Shown here one piece after another: positions 62,670 to 64,000 of a DNA stretch of 64,000 bases. How positions within the stretch are numbered: the stretch's first letter is position 1; the number at the start of each line of letters is the position of its first letter. The stretch is from Rhina ancylostomus (lineage: Eukaryota), in contig JARFYF010000119.1 in the NCBI GenBank assembly GCA_030265395.1, positions 13,518,860 to 13,582,859 of the forward strand, in the 5' to 3' direction. The position numbers and the translations under genes are program-made. Under the pieces are notes generated by a model that was not told the origin of the DNA, made no database searches, and saw only the letters and a program-made list of their open reading frames with translations.

Positions 62670-63305
62670 TCTTTTTCAATCTTTTATTGGTTTCCAAATT
62701 AATACAGATTAATATAACATTAATTGTACATGTAATACAGAGATCAAGAGAACAATCATGATGTAGATAATCAAAATAATATAATATAAAATATCTTTAG
62801 CTCATGATCTCTTAGTAGATGAATATAATAAAAGAGAGAAAGTTCTCTTGTATATGAGAAAAAATCAATTCTAAATAATAACTAAGCTATAAAGAAAATT
62901 TAAAAAAAAAACAGGAAAAACTGGACTGAAATTTCTCAAACAGCAAAATTTATGTCATCAACATTCCTCTAAATTGAAAAGGGATCTATATTATAAGAAA
63001 ATATTGAATAAATGGGCTCCAAATTTAAGTGAAGGATCAACAGTATCACTCCTGATTTTTTTTCTAAGTTTAAACATTATATAGTTTGAGAAAAACATTA
63101 AAAAGTAGTAGGGGTTATTGGATCCTTCCATTTAAGCAAAATTGATTGGCCATTAATGTGACAAAGGCAATCATACAGTAAGTGAAAGCAGATAAATGGT
63201 GAGACCCTATCCTTGGTAGTACAAAAATTGCAGTGATAGGGTGAGGTTGTAAATCAATGTTCAAAACAGTTGAGATAATGTTAAAAATGTCTTTCCAATT
63301 TTTTC
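62670..63305 (-). mobile_element. L1-clade LINE 3' end
   Basis: ORF 63115..63387 WKDIFNIISTVLNIDLQPHPITAIF...IAFVTLMA, then ILLKWKDP. AT-rich 3'UTR ending ccaataaaagattgaaaaaa on the minus strand. Confidence 0.75.
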
Positions 63306-63504
63306 TAAATGAGGACAGGAGGAATATTTGAAACTGTAGAATTGAGTTGGAAAGATGATGTAAAAGAGGCTTCAAGGGAATATACACAAGCTAAGTGAGT
63401 GGTGAGAATGTGGCAGATGGGATATAATGTAGGGAGAAAAGTGAGGCCATCTACTTTGGGTGTAAAATAGAAAAGTAATTTTTTTTCCAAAGGTGAGAAA
63501 TTAG

Positions 63505-64000
63505 TCATAGTCATGGAAACAGGCCCTTCAGCCCAACTCCTCCATGTTGACTGTTTCCCAGCAAACTAGTCCCATCTATCCACATTTGGCCCAGAGCACT
63601 CTAAACCCCTCCTATCCATGTGCTATTCTATATGGCTTTTAAATGTTACTAATTTGCCCACCTCAACCACTGTTTCTGGCAGCTCATTCCAAATAAGCAC
63701 CACCCTTTGCATGAAGAAGCTGCTTCCTTTNNNNNNNNNNNNNNNNNNNNNNNNNNNNNNNNNNNNNNNNNNNNNNNNNNNNNNNNNNNNNNNNNNNNNN
63801 NNNNNNNNNNNNNNNNNNNNNNNNNNNNNNTGGTTTTCTCCCCCCCCCCCCCCCACCCCCCAGCAGTATCCACAGGAGAATACTTGTTGCTGAGGGGAGT
63901 GGCCACAAGGGGACCCTGCACTGTCTGCATCTTCCCCCTTGCCTCTCCTAATGGTCACCCAACTATCTGCAGCCTGCTCTGTAGGTGTGACCATGTCATT
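63505..64000 (-). mobile_element. CR1 3' tail and ORF1 portion either side of a 100-N gap
   Basis: FFMQRVVLIWNELPETVVEVG left of the gap. WVTIRRGKG and PLSNKYS (CR1 ORF1) right of it. Confidence 0.8.

Noticed and set aside
1-64000. Prokaryotic-type systems (CRISPR, operons) and rRNA/tRNA genes
   Set aside because: Sequence is vertebrate intronic/intergenic DNA. The tRNA-like boxes belong to SINE heads.

Overview
Eukaryotic, repeat-rich vertebrate DNA from a gapped assembly. The repeat mix (CR1, L2, Rex1/Babar, RTE, L1, Penelope-like elements, V-SINE and Deu-type SINEs) points to a cartilaginous fish, probably a batoid; this is inference. The only confidently recognisable host coding sequence is a 40-nt first exon on the minus strand (47693-47654). 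It encodes MSRRKQRNPRQIK followed by a phase-1 GTAAGT donor, the NuRD-binding N-terminus of a Friend-of-GATA (ZFPM/FOG) gene, and lies under a CpG-island promoter. The ORF track misses it. Downstream I found no intact ZFPM exon. Instead there are exon-shaped segments with good splice sites and lengths divisible by three (19182-19006, 2245-2045) that echo FOG sequences but carry stops or frameshifts. The locus may therefore be a decaying extra FOG paralogue that now makes only a ~45-aa NuRD-motif micropeptide or a lncRNA. Alternatively it is a normal ZFPM1/2 gene whose exon 2 lies beyond the window. Other features: an upstream in-frame ATG plus donor that could swap out the NuRD motif, a second intronic CpG-island promoter, two dense GATA-site clusters (one built from a decayed tandem repeat), an ~11.5 kb transposon-poor zone, and several eroded minimal hammerhead-ribozyme motifs at the ends of Penelope-like elements. 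Repeat boundaries are approximate and read by eye.
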